Source: Macrostomum lignano (taxonomy: Eukaryota). From it: a stretch of DNA of 64,000 nt. The notes under the pieces were generated by a model, which worked only from the letters and a program-made list of their open reading frames with translations, did no database searches and was not told where the DNA came from. A program made the position numbers and the translations under genes. The DNA is taken from the NCBI GenBank assembly GCA_002269645.1, contig NIVC01000860.1:362462-426461 (forward strand), read 5' to 3'. Below, one piece after another: positions 1 through 19,873 of the stretch; the stretch's first letter is position 1; each line of letters starts with the position of its first letter.

Positions 1-23
1 CTTGAACAATATCACCCTCGAAT

Positions 24-778
24 CTCAATCTCACCCCTGACTCTCAACCAATCTCACCCCTGACTCTCAACCAAGCTCACCCCTGACTCTCAACCAATCT
101 CACCCTGACTCTCAACCAATCTCACCCCTGACTCTCAACCAATCTCACCCTGACTCTCAACCAATCTCACCCCTGACTCTCAACCAAGCTCACCCCTGAC
201 TCTCAACCAATCTCACCCTGACTCTCAACCAATCTCACCCCTGACTCTCAACCAATCTCACCCCTGACTCTCAACCAATCTCACCCTGACTCTCAACCAA
301 TCTCACCCCTGACTCTCAACCAATCTCACCCCTGACTCTCAACTAATCTCACACTGACTCTCAACCAATCTCACCCCTGACTCTCAACCAATCTCACCCC
401 TGACTCTCAACCAATCTCACCCCTGACTCTCAACCAAGCTCACCCCTGACTCTCAACCAATCTCACCCCTGACTCTCAACCAATCTCACCCCTGACTCTC
501 AACCAATCTCACCCCTGACTCTCAACCAATCTCACCCCTGACTCTCAACCAATCTCACCCCTGACTCTCAACCAATCTCACCCCTGACTCTCAACCAAGC
601 TCACCCCTGACTCTCAACCAATCTCACCCCTGACTCTCAAAACCTAATTTCACCCCTGACTCTCAACCAAGCTCACCCCTGACTCTCAACCAATCTCACC
701 CCTGACTCTCAACCAAGCTCACCCCTGACTCTCAACCAATCTCACCCCTGACTCTCAAAACCTAATTTCACCCCTGAC
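24..778. repeat. 23-bp minisatellite (CTCACCCCTGACTCTCAACCAAT)n, intronic
   Basis: About 33 near-identical tandem units, ending next to the donor of exon 957-801. Confidence 0.95.
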
Positions 779-800
779 AGAACCCAATCAATCAACTCAC

Positions 801-8877
<8,077 letters not shown>

Positions 8878-9555
8878 GACTAACGGAAGAACAAACAGAC
8901 ACAAACAAAAAACAGCGGGCCCAACAACGGCAGAGAAATTATGACTGAATTTGGATTCCGACTTTCAGCTGAAGGAAGCCACCCGCTGGGTTTGATGAAG
9001 TATTCGAAAAACAACCCCACTGCACGCGATTAGGGGATGGCACAAGGGAAAAGAATCCTGGCGAATGGGAAGAAGACAACACCTCGCCGCTCGACGGGAT
9101 AAAAATCTGGGAGATTTTCAAGTCCTGCGCCGGCACAGGTAATTGCAGGAATAGTGGCCAGGCTGACAAGCCCAGCGGTGAAAAGTAGTATCTAAGGAAA
9201 TGGGAGAGGGAAGACTTGACGACAACAAGGCAAAGTAGACCCGCAAAGTAAGAAAAAGAAGAAGAATGAACACCCAGCGGGAGCCCCAGACAGCGGGCGG
9301 TGCAGTGTGACATTTTCACAGACATGCGGCCATGCAGGCCAGAAGGAAATTAAAGAAGCGAGGGCTTCGGCTCCTTGTTTTCTGCTTGCAGCCTTGACTT
9401 TTTTAGGGCCCCCTTGGCCAAGGAGAACTTGAAACAGAACTTAAAAAGAGCGCCAACTCTGCCTCTGAAATTTATCTTTCAAACACGATGAGGCACTTAG
9501 ATTGCAGGCAGGCTACGGGTCGAGACAGTAGTGCCGCACCTTACTATGTGGCTTA

Positions 9556-10931
9556 GAGATGAGACCAAGCGGGATCTCACGGTCGTTCAGTAAGCCACAA
9601 AGAGTCCATTTCAATTATGAGATGAGACCAAGCGGGATCTCAAGATCGTTCAGTAAGCCACAAAGAGTCCATTTCAATTATGAGATGAGACCAAGCGGGA
9701 TCTCAAGATCGTTCAGTAAGCCACAAAGAGTCCATTTCAATTATGAGATGAGACCAAGCGGGATCTCAAGGTCGTTCAGTAAGCCACAAAGAGTCCATTT
9801 CAATTATGAGATGAGACCAAGCGGGATCTCAAGGTCGTTCAGTAAGCCACAAAGAGTCCATTTCAATTATGAGATGAGACCAAGCGGGATCTCACGGTCG
9901 TTCAGTAAGCCACAAAGAGTCCATTTCAATTATGAGATGAGACCAAGCGGGATCTCACGGTCATTCAGTAAGCAACAAAGAGTCCATTTCAATTATGAGA
10001 TGAGACCAAGCGGGATCTCAAGGTCGTTCAGTAAGCCACAAAGAGTCCATTTCAATTATGAGATGAGACCAAGCGGGATCTCAAGATCGTTCAGTAAGCC
10101 ACAAAGAGTCCATTTCAATTATGAGATGAGACCAAGCGGAATCTCACGGTCGTTCAGTAAGCCACAAAGAGTCCATTTCAATTATGAGATGAGACCAAGC
10201 GGAATCTCACGGTCGTTCAGTAAGCCACAAAGAGTCCATTTCAATTATGAGATGAGACCAAGCGGAATCTCACGGTCGTTCAGTAAGCCACAAAGAGTCC
10301 ATTTCAATTATGAGATGAGACCAAGCGGGATCTCAAGATCGTTCAGTAAGCCACAAAGAGTCCATTTCAATTATGAGATGAGACCAAGCGGGATCTCAAG
10401 ATCGTTCAGTAAGCCACAAAGAGTCCATTTCAATTATGAGATGAGACCAAGCGGGATCTCAAGGTCGTTCAGTAAGCCACAAAGAGTCCATTTCAATTAT
10501 GAGATGAGACCAAGCGGGATCTCAAGATCGTTCAGTAAGCCACAAAGAGTCCATTTCAATTATGAGATGAGACCAAGCGGGATCTCACGGTCGTTCAGTA
10601 AGCCACAAAGAGTCCATTTCAATTATGAGATGAGACCAAGCGGGATCTCAAGGTCGTTCAGTAAGCCACAAAGAGTCCATTTCAATTATGAGATGAGACC
10701 AAGCGGGATCTCAAGGTCGTTCAGTAAGCCACAAAGAGTCCATTTCAATTATGAGATGAGACCAAGCGGGATCTCAAGGTCGTTCAGTAAGCCACAAATA
10801 GTCCATTTAAATTATGAGATGAGACCAAGCGGGATCTCAAGGTCGTTCAGTAAGCCACAAAGAGTCCATTTGAATTATGAGATGAGACCAAGCGGGATCT
10901 CAAGGTCGTTCAGTAAGCCACAAAGAGTCCA
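9556..10931. repeat. 63-bp tandem array, about 22 highly homogeneous copies
   Basis: Unit GAGATGAGACCAAGCGGGATCTCAAGGTCGTTCAGTAAGCCACAAAGAGTCCATTTCAATTAT; no spacers. Confidence 0.97.
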
Positions 10932-10965
10932 TTCGGCTTTCACGTTTTATAAAAATTTTGTTTGA
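9559..10965 (+). CDS. Possible tandem-repeat protein (MRPSGISRSFSKPQRVHFNYE)n, 468 aa
   Basis: Only one of six frames is open across the array, and the recurrent variants are synonymous in that frame. No homology recognised. Confidence 0.3.
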   Translation: MRPSGISRSFSKPQRVHFNYEMRPSGISRSFSKPQRVHFNYEMRPSGISRSFSKPQRVHFNYEMRPSGISRSFSKPQRVHFNYEMRPSGISRSFSKPQRVHFNYEMRPSGISRSFSKPQRVHFNYEMRPSGISRSFSKQQRVHFNYEMRPSGISRSFSKPQRVHFNYEMRPSGISRSFSKPQRVHFNYEMRPSGISRSFSKPQRVHFNYEMRPSGISRSFSKPQRVHFNYEMRPSGISRSFSKPQRVHFNYEMRPSGISRSFSKPQRVHFNYEMRPSGISRSFSKPQRVHFNYEMRPSGISRSFSKPQRVHFNYEMRPSGISRSFSKPQRVHFNYEMRPSGISRSFSKPQRVHFNYEMRPSGISRSFSKPQRVHFNYEMRPSGISRSFSKPQRVHFNYEMRPSGISRSFSKPQIVHLNYEMRPSGISRSFSKPQRVHLNYEMRPSGISRSFSKPQRVHSAFTFYKNFV

Positions 10966-11596
10966 AAACTTGAAGATCTGTGTGCCATTCCATATTTTAT
11001 TTTAATAGGTCGGTCTCCTTGAGCAGTCGCTGGTGCGCATAAAAAGTCAAGGGAAGGCTAAGGGAGGATGAGGCCGGCCCCATCAGACCCAGAAACAATG
11101 AGTAATGACGAAGTTGATAGCCAGTGAAAGCGAGCATTGCGATATATATAGGGCAAATTCCACTCCACCGAAAACAGAGCGAGGGAAAGGAAAATCTTGC
11201 CGCCAAAGAAAGAATCTTGGAAGATTCCCATCAGCCCCGAGGCCAACAGGACCACAGCACCCCCCAGGCCCCCTATTAGCAAAGTGGGCAGCAAGCACGC
11301 ATGGATGCAAACAGAATAGAGTGGCTTACGGGTGGAACTGGGGTGCAAATTGGGGCCCGTGCTGTGAGGCCGAAATTCTTTAAGAAAGTAAATTGAAAAC
11401 CACCGCGCGTGGACCGACCGACCGTGGAGTATTAAAAATATATTATATAGATTGGATTGCAAAAGGCTGAACTGTGGATTGCAGTCCTTATTATTTACTT
11501 ACTCATCAAGGCCAAGGGGGCTTGGGTATTGGCCCACATGGCACAACCCCCCCCCACCTTGGCAAAATTGCACACAAGCTCCAGACACGCTTTACC

Positions 11597-11844
11597 ATTA
11601 AATAATAGTTATAACAATTGATTACACCTGTCCCAATGGCCGGATGTGCAACTGACATCTCAGCCGGCTTTTGCGCGGCGCATCTGAAGGACTGCGTACG
11701 GCTGCTCAGTCCAAGGACTGCAGAGTGCAGCAATGCAGAGTTAAGTGTCTTGCTCAAGGACACAAATTGTTCCGAGTGGGTCTATAATCGAACCCCTGAC
11801 CTTCAAGTCGTGAGTCCGACGCTCTGACCACTAGGCTACAACCC
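11597..11844 (-). mobile_element. tRNA-derived SINE
   Basis: Minus strand has an A-box-like TAGCCTAGTGG, a B-box GGTTCGATT, a central TCCTTGAGCAAGACACTTAACTC segment and an AT-rich tail after CAGGTGTAATC. Head and centre are shared with 54150-54370. Confidence 0.7.
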
Positions 11845-12454
11845 ACTAAGCTACGACCCCTTTCTTTACAATTAAAAAATGAAAGCATCAAATAAATCGA
11901 GTTTAGTTTCCCAACTCCAGAGTTTTAGAATTGGGACTCCGTGTTGATTCTGCAGATGAAACAGGAGGCGGTCACCGTCGAGGCTGCACCGAGGGTCTTC
12001 TGTCATCGTCGTTAATTTTTTGAAGCAAGAAACTAAAGCCAGACCTCCGAAGGCTTTACCCTGATAGGGAGATATATGAGGATCTCCCGTCCCAACAACA
12101 ATTTCCCAAATCCCTAAAAAGGGAGTGTCGAAATGGCGGGTGAGGTTGTAATCCGGTCGCCACCAGAGTGCCGCCATTGGGTCATTTATCACCGCGGTCG
12201 CTGCATAACCAACCCCATCCGCCTCCACCCCTTCCCGAGCTGCCTCATGGACTACTAAAACTAGCTACCTGGAGGCCATTGGAATTTTTGCCTCGGTGAC
12301 TTTACAATAAGTCTGAGTGACCTTTAAACAGAAAAAAACGGAATGAAAGCAGAAACTTGAATACCATATTTTTCTTGTCTACTATTAGCAAAGTCGTGTT
12401 TTATTTTCGTTTTGAAAATAAAAATTAATTTGATCTTCATATACCCACGAAACT

Positions 12455-13455
12455 TCGGTTACTTCACAATCCCAAAAATTCACAATTCCTAAAATTCACA
12501 ACCTCCAAGTTTAACAACCCCTAAGCTTCACAACCCCTAAGCTTCACAATCCCTAAGCTTCACAATCCACAACTTCAAAATCCCTAAAGATTCATAATCC
12601 CCAACCGTCACAATCCCCAGCTTCACAATTCCCAGGCTTAAAATCTTAAAATCTTCACAATCCCCAAGCTTCACAATCCCCAAGCTTCACAATTCCCAAG
12701 CTTAAAATCTCCAAAGCTTCACAATCCCCAAGCTTTAAAGTCCCCAAACTTTACAACCTCAAAGCTTCATAATCCCCAACCGTCACAACCCCCAAGCTTC
12801 CAAGTCCCAAGCTTAAAATCTCCAAAGCTTCACAATCCCCAAGCTTTAAAGTCCCCAAACTTTACAACCTCAAAGCTTCACAATCCCCAAACTTCACACT
12901 CCCCAAGCTTTACAACCTTAAAGCTTTACAATCCCCAAACTTCACAATCCCCAAAGCTTCACACTCCCCAAGCTTCACAATCCGCAAACTTTACAACCTC
13001 AAAGCTTCACAATCCCCAAACTTCACACTCCCCAAGCTTTACAACCTTAAAGCTTCACAATCCCCAAACTTCACACTCCCCAAGCTTTACAACCTTAAAG
13101 CTTCACAATCCCCAAACTTCACACTCCCCAAGCTTTACAACCTCAAAGCTTCACAATCCCCAAAGCTTCACACTCCCCAAGCTTTACAACCTTAAAGCTT
13201 CACAATCCCCAAACTTCACACTCCCCAAGCTTTACAACCTCAAAGCTTCACAATCCCCAAAGCTTCACACTCCCCAAGCTTCACAATCCGCAAACTTTAC
13301 AACCTCAAAGCTTCACAATCCCCAAACTTCACACTCCCCAAGCTTCACAATCCGCAAACTTTACAACCTCAAAGCTTCACAATCCCCAAACTTCACACTC
13401 CCCAAGCTTTACAATCCGCAAACTTTACAACCTCAAAGCTTCACAATCCCCAAGC
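12455..13455. repeat. About 16-bp minisatellite (CTTCACAATCCCCAAG)n, with higher-order variants
   Basis: Reverse complement of the array at 14225-15400. Confidence 0.92.
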
Positions 13456-14224
13456 ATCTCTATTTGCGTGTCAGTGCGTCGCGAATTTCTCAACTTGCGA
13501 AATCGTTCTGCATGCTTTTTTTAGAACTCTCAGAATTTATGGTGTTCAAATAATTGCCTTTACCCCACCTCTCTATCAATCCCTTGATTCTTCCCAAGCC
13601 GCTGCTTGCCTTTCAATGTCGCGCATTGTGCCCCCAGTGTGTTGTCTTGGGTGTTGAGCAAAAAATGGTCAATTGTCTAAGCATGACTGCAGCCAAATCC
13701 AGAGCTTTTGTCCTCATTTGTCTTCTATGGACTTGAAGTTTATTTAGGCTGTTCAAAAATTTGATTCTTTCTTCTACTAAGGATTAAATTACTTGCTTAT
13801 CATAGATCTTATATTCTATGGGGATTATTCAAGGTAAGAGAAAGTTATTAGAAGACAGACACTGCCTGTTTTTAATTAAAACATTTCACAAGCATTGTGG
13901 AATTGCATTGCAGCAGTTCCCGTGTGAACTGTTTTTTGTTTTATACAGTCAGGCTGTTTCCACAGTTTGAAAATTTCACCATGGCATAAAATATCGCTGC
14001 TGTGTCATCGCTCTGGTATTTCCTGTTAGCTTTTGCTATTTCTAATTTTCACCTTTCTATTCAAGATAGAGAGAAGAAGCCGCATGGATTTCGAAGAAGT
14101 CCAGTGAGGTAGTAATTCGATTTGGTCAATAAAATATTTACGAGAGTTTTTCAACTTGCGGTACTTTTGTAGTTTTTACGGCATTTTAAAGTTTTTTGGA
14201 TTGGGATGTTTAAGGGAGTATAAA

Positions 14225-15400
14225 ACTTGGGGATTGTGAAGTTTTGAGATTGTGAAGCTTGGAGATTGTGAAGCTTGGGGATTGTGAAGCTTGGAGATTG
14301 TGAAGCTTGGGGATTGTGAAGTTTGGAGATTGTGAAGCTTGGGGATTGTGAAGCTTGGGGATTCTGAAGCTTGGAGAATGTGAAGCTTGGGGATTGTGAA
14401 GCTTGTGGATTGTGAAGCTTGGGGATTGTGAAGCTTGGGGATTGTGAAGCTTGGGGATTGTGAAGCTTGTGGATTGTGAAGCTTGGGGATTGTGAAGCTT
14501 GGAGAATGTGAAGCTTGGGGATTGTGAAGTTTGGAGATTGTGAAGCTTGGAGATTGTGAAGCTTGGGGATTCTGAAGCTTGGAGAATGTGAAGCTTGGGG
14601 ATTGTGAAGCTTGTGGATTGTGAAGCTTGGGGATTGTGAAGCTTGGAGAATGTGAAGCGTGGGGGATTGTGAAGCTTGGGGATTGTGAAGCTTGGGGATT
14701 GTGAAGTTTGGAGATTGTGAAGCTTGGGGATTGTGAAGTTTGGAGATTGTGAAGCTTGGAGATTGTGAAGCTTGGGGATTCTGAAGCTTGGAGAATGTGA
14801 AGCTTGGGGATTGTGAAGCTTGGGGATTGTGAAGCTTGGGGATTGTGAAGCTTGGGGATTGTGAAGTTTGGAGATTGTGAAGCTTGGGGATTGTGAAGCT
14901 TGGAGATTGTGAAGCTTGGAGATTGTGAAGCTTGGGGATTCTGAAGCTTGGAGAATGTGAAGCTTGGGGATTGTGAAGCTTGTGGATTGTGAAGCTTGGA
15001 GATTGTGAAGCTTGGAGATTGTGAAGCTTGGGGATTGTGAAGCTTGGGGATTGTGAAGCTTGGGGATTGTGAAGCTTGTGGATTGTGAAGCTTGGAGATT
15101 GTGAAGCTTGGAGATTGTGAAGCTTGGAGATTGTGAAGCTTGGGGATTCTGAAGCTTGGAGAATGTGAAGCTTGGGGATTGTGAAGCTTGTGGATTGTGA
15201 AGCTTGGGGATTGTGAAGCTTGGAGAATGTGAAGTTTGGGGATTGTGAAGCTTGGGGATTGTGAAGCTTGTGGATTGTGAAGCTTGGAGATTGTGAAGCT
15301 TGGAGATTGTGAAGCTTGGAGATTGTGAAGCTTGGGGATTCTGAAGCTTGGAGAATGTGAAGCTTGGGGATTGTGAAGCTTGGGGATTGTGAAGTTTATG
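14225..15400. repeat. 16-bp minisatellite (GAAGCTTGGGGATTGT)n
   Basis: Homogeneous tandem units, each with a HindIII site; inverted relative to 12455-13455. Confidence 0.95.
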
Positions 15401-15844
15401 GATCGTGAAATTTATATTCCTTCAAATCCAGGCACCACCGCAAAGGTCCTTGGATTAGCTGGGAAACTAGGGAAGGAAGACAGGTTTATAAGCCTGACCC
15501 ACTGGGGGAATAGGCTTAAGGGTAATCTGATCTGCCCTGCCGCTCTCCTCCCCTACGGTGTCTTTGCCGAAACTTGAAAACAGACTGGCGTTACGGTCTT
15601 CCTTGCCAGAAGAAAATGCGCCAATTTCTAACGCTGCGGGAAAATCTTCTTTTGCCTTTTCCTAATAAAGAATGACCGAAGGGTTGGGGCTGCTGGCAGG
15701 GGGACAACAGGAGCGGGGAGGGAGGGGGCCGCGAGTCTGCTAAGGCAATTAACGACGTTATAAGACTGACTAACTGGCTTACTGCCTTACTGCCCGGGCG
15801 GTGCTTGTGAATAGAATAAGTCATCGCCACGGGACTGCCACCGA

Positions 15845-16875
15845 GGCGGATTAGGGGCGGATTTAGTGTCATTAGGGGCGGATCTAGTGTGTCATTAGGG
15901 GCGGATCTAGTGTGTCATTAGGGGCGGATGTACGAAAATGGAATTGGACGGATTTGAAGTGTGGATAAGGCGGATTAGGGGCATATTAGGGGCGGATTGA
16001 GAGCGGATTAGGGGAAGATTAGGGGCGGATTGAGAGCGGATTAGGGGAAGATTAGGGGCGGATTGAGGGCGGATTAGAAGAGATAAGGGGCGGATTAGAG
16101 GCAGATAAAGGGTGGATTGACGGCGGATTGGGGGCAGATTAGGGGCGGATTGAGAGCGGATTGGGGAAGATTAGGGGCGGATTAAGGGCAGATAAAGGGC
16201 GGATTGACGGCGGATTGGGGGCAGATTAGGGGCGGATTGAGAGCGGATTTGGGGAAGATTAGGGGCGGATTGAGGGCAGATCAGGGGTGGATTAGGGACC
16301 GATTGGGGGCAGATTAGGGCGGATTAGGGGCAGATTGAGGGCGAATTGGAGGCGGATTAGAGGCAAATTTAGAATGTGGATTAGGGGAGGATCCAGATGG
16401 CGGATTAGGGGAGAATTTACAAAGAGGATTAGGGGAGGATCTACAAAGAGGATTATTGGAGGATCTACAAAGAGGATTATTGGAGGATCTACAAAGAGGA
16501 TTAGGGGAGGATCTACAAAGAGGATTATTGGAGGATCTACAAAGAGGATTAGGGGATGATCTACAAAGAGGATTAGGGGAGGATCTACAAAGAGGATTAT
16601 TGGAGGATCTACAAAGAGGATTAGGGGAGGATCTACAAAGATGATTAGAGGAGGATCTACAAAGAGGATTATTGGAGGATCTACAAAGAGGATTAGGGGA
16701 GGATCTACAAAGAGGATTAGGGGAGGATCTACAAAGAGGATTAGGGGAAGATCTACAAAGAGGATTAGGGGAAGATCTACAAAGAGGATTAGGGGAGGAT
16801 CTACAAAGAGGATTAGGGGAGGATCTACAAAGAGGATTAGGGAGGATCTACAAAGAGGATTATTGGAGGATCTAC
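15845..16875. repeat. TTAGGG-containing degenerate minisatellite grading into a 24-bp unit GAGGATTAGGGGAGGATCTACAAA
   Basis: Directly visible; not a pure telomeric array. Confidence 0.88.
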
Positions 16876-17477
16876 AAGTGGGCTAAAAAATTGAACTGCA
16901 GCAATATTTTACATCCTAAAGGTAAAACTGTTAAAATTGAATAAACAAAGAGCCACATGAAAATCAATATGATAGGCAAAATAAACGGACAAAAATATCT
17001 TATCTAATATATTTAAATATTAATCCAATATTTAATATTATACAATATTAATCGAACGCATGCAAATAGAAGAGAATAGCCAGGATTAACAGTTGTGCTT
17101 AGGAAAAAATTAATAGCTAGCAGTTAATAGCTTTTATTATGAGTTAATTTAGCAGGAAAATCGAAGGTCAAATAAGCTAATAATAAAAGTTACAGAAAAT
17201 ACAATTTGCTCTAGGATATTAATATTAATGCAGTTAGCAATGTCAGCAAGATACATTTATAATAACACATTTATCTATTCTTGTACACAAAATAGGCCTA
17301 TCTGCAGGTAAAAAAGTCGGCTTTTTAAAGTTGCTAAGATGAAAACTAAATAGCACAGAAACACGGGGATATTGCCAAATCAAGGGCGCTTAAGAGACAA
17401 AATTTTCAACTGGTTAATTGTGCCTATGGGTGATGCATTGAAACTGAGCCTGCTTTTGCGCCAATTCGCATGCTGCA

Positions 17478-18170
17478 TTCACTCAGTCACTCCATTAGTC
17501 ACTTAGTCTCCTAATCACTCAGTCACTTAGTCTCCTAACCACTCAATCACTCAGTCTCCTAATCAATCAGTCACTTGTCTCCTAATCAGTCACTTGTCTC
17601 CTAATCAGTCACTTGTCTCCTAATCAATCAGTCACTTAGTCTCCTAATCACTCAGTCACTTAGTCTCCTAATCAATCAGTCACTCAGTCTCCTAATCACT
17701 CAGTCACCCAGTCTCCTAATCACTCAGTCACTTAGTCTCCTAATCACTCAGTCACTTAGTCTCCTAATCACTCAGTCACCCAGTCTCCTAATCACTCAGT
17801 CACTTAGTCTCCTAATCACTCAGTCACTTAGTCTCCTAATCAATCAGTCACTCAGTCTCCTAATCACTCAGTCACCCAGTCTCCTAATCACTCAGTCACT
17901 TAGTCTTCTAATCAATCAGTCACTTGTCTCCTAACCACTCAATCACTCAGTCACTCAGTCTCCTAATCACTCAGTCACCCAGTTTCCTAATCATTCAGTC
18001 ACCCAGTTTCCTAATCATTCAGTCACCCAGTCTCCTAATCACTCAGTCACAGAGTCGCTTAGTCACTCAGTCACTCCGCGGTCACCCACTCAGTCGTTTA
18101 AGTCCATCACTATTTAGTTACTCAGTCGCTCACCAAGTCCCTCATTCAGTCAGTCAATCAGTCGGCTCAG
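17478..18170. repeat. 24-bp minisatellite CAGTCACTTAGTCTCCTAATCACT
   Basis: Tandem units with degenerate ends. Confidence 0.9.
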
Positions 18171-18944
18171 TCAAAGACCCAAATTCGTAACCATTGGGCC
18201 TCACACCAAACGCACTGACACTGGCCTACCGGCGCACACTACTAGTAGTAGTACAATAAAGGTCAAAGACTAGACAAACAAGGCAGAGAAAAAGTTCAAT
18301 AAACTGGTAGCGGGCGGGCGCCATCACGACAGCAGCTTTTAAGCAATTAAATATAATAAAACCTACTAATAAAAACAAGCAGAACTATACAAGGCGCCTT
18401 TGAACATGAATTGTTTTGTTTTAAATTTATACGCTTCAAACAGAACTATAATGATGGTAATAAAAACTAGAAACTGGCGGACCAAAAAATTGATAAATAT
18501 TTTAATAAATGACTCTGGATAAAAAGTTATACAATGCATGAGAATTGAATTATAACAGGACCCAGATAGCAAATGCCAACTTAAAGCTACCAAGAGGGCA
18601 GAGTCGAGCGTTTAAACAAATCATACGAGTATAACACAACCCAAACTGAAATACGCGTGTTACACTACTGCTATTGCTTTGTCAGTCAGTAGAGTTGTCT
18701 GCGCCGTAAATATCGATTTCTTAATAATGAATAAAGAATAATTACTTACTAGACTAATAAAATACTATTATTACGATTTTGCATTACACAGTCGCAGGAT
18801 TCCAGCGCCATCGGCATATCAGCGCACAGTACGGTCGTGTGAGAGACAGAAAAATAAGTGAGGAAGACTGATGGACGCGTACGGCATATGAAGGGTTGAT
18901 ATGATGTAAGAAAAAAAGGTTAAACAGCTAGAGGGATATTGGAA

Positions 18945-19055
18945 AGCAGACAGACAGGCAGACAGACAGGCAGACAGGCAGACAGACAGACAGACAGACA
19001 GGCAGGCAGGCAGACAGGCAGACAGACAGACAGACAGGCAGGCAGACAGACAGGC

Positions 19056-19088
<33 letters not shown>

Positions 19089-19263
19089 GGCAGACAGACA
19101 GACAGGCAGGCAGGCAGACAGGCAGACAGACAGACAGACAGGCAGGCAGACAGACAGGCAGACAGACAGACAGAAAGGCAGACAGACAGACAGACAGACA
19201 GGCAGGCAGGCAGACAGACAGACAGACAGACAGACAGAAAGGCAGACAGACAGACAGACAGGC

Positions 19264-19308
<45 letters not shown>

Positions 19309-19479
19309 GGCAGACAGACAGACAGACAGACAGACAGGCAGACAGGCAGACAGACAGACAGGCAGGCAGACAGACAGACAGGCAGACAGACAGGCAGACA
19401 GACAGGCAGACAGACAGACAGACAGGCAGGCAGACAGGCAGACAGACAGGCAGACAGGCAGGCAGGCAGACAGACAGAC

Positions 19480-19528
<49 letters not shown>

Positions 19529-19675
19529 GGCAGACAGACAGGCAGGCAGACAGATAGACAGACAGGCAGGCAGACAGACAGACAGAAAGGCAGACAGACA
19601 GACAGACAGACAGGCAGGCAGGCAGACAGACAGACAGACAGACAGACAGAAAGGCAGACAGACAGACAGACAGGC

Positions 19676-19728
<53 letters not shown>

Positions 19729-19751
19729 TACATACAGACAGACAGACAGGC

Positions 19752-19812
<61 letters not shown>
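18945..19812. repeat. (GACA/GGCA)n microsatellite
   Basis: Directly visible; source of the 18819-19892 pseudo-ORFs. Confidence 0.96.
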
Positions 19813-19873
19813 GGTTTATTTTTTCCTATCTGGAAGCTGCCGCCTTCCAATCAAACGAATCTCAGTCAGGCAA

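Noticed and set aside
9556-10931. CRISPR-like array
   Set aside because: Units are contiguous with no unique spacers, there are no cas genes, and the context is eukaryotic. The same applies to the other tandem arrays.
11780-11844. tRNA gene (also 54300-54370 and 52846-52915)
   Set aside because: The stems do not close into a cloverleaf and the sequence continues into SINE body and tail.
11872-12228. 118-aa ORF (also 8939-9325 and 11058-11462)
   Set aside because: No recognisable domain, weak starts and no convincing splice linkage; left unannotated.
15845-16400. True telomere
   Set aside because: Internal position, degenerate, and interspersed with other sequence.
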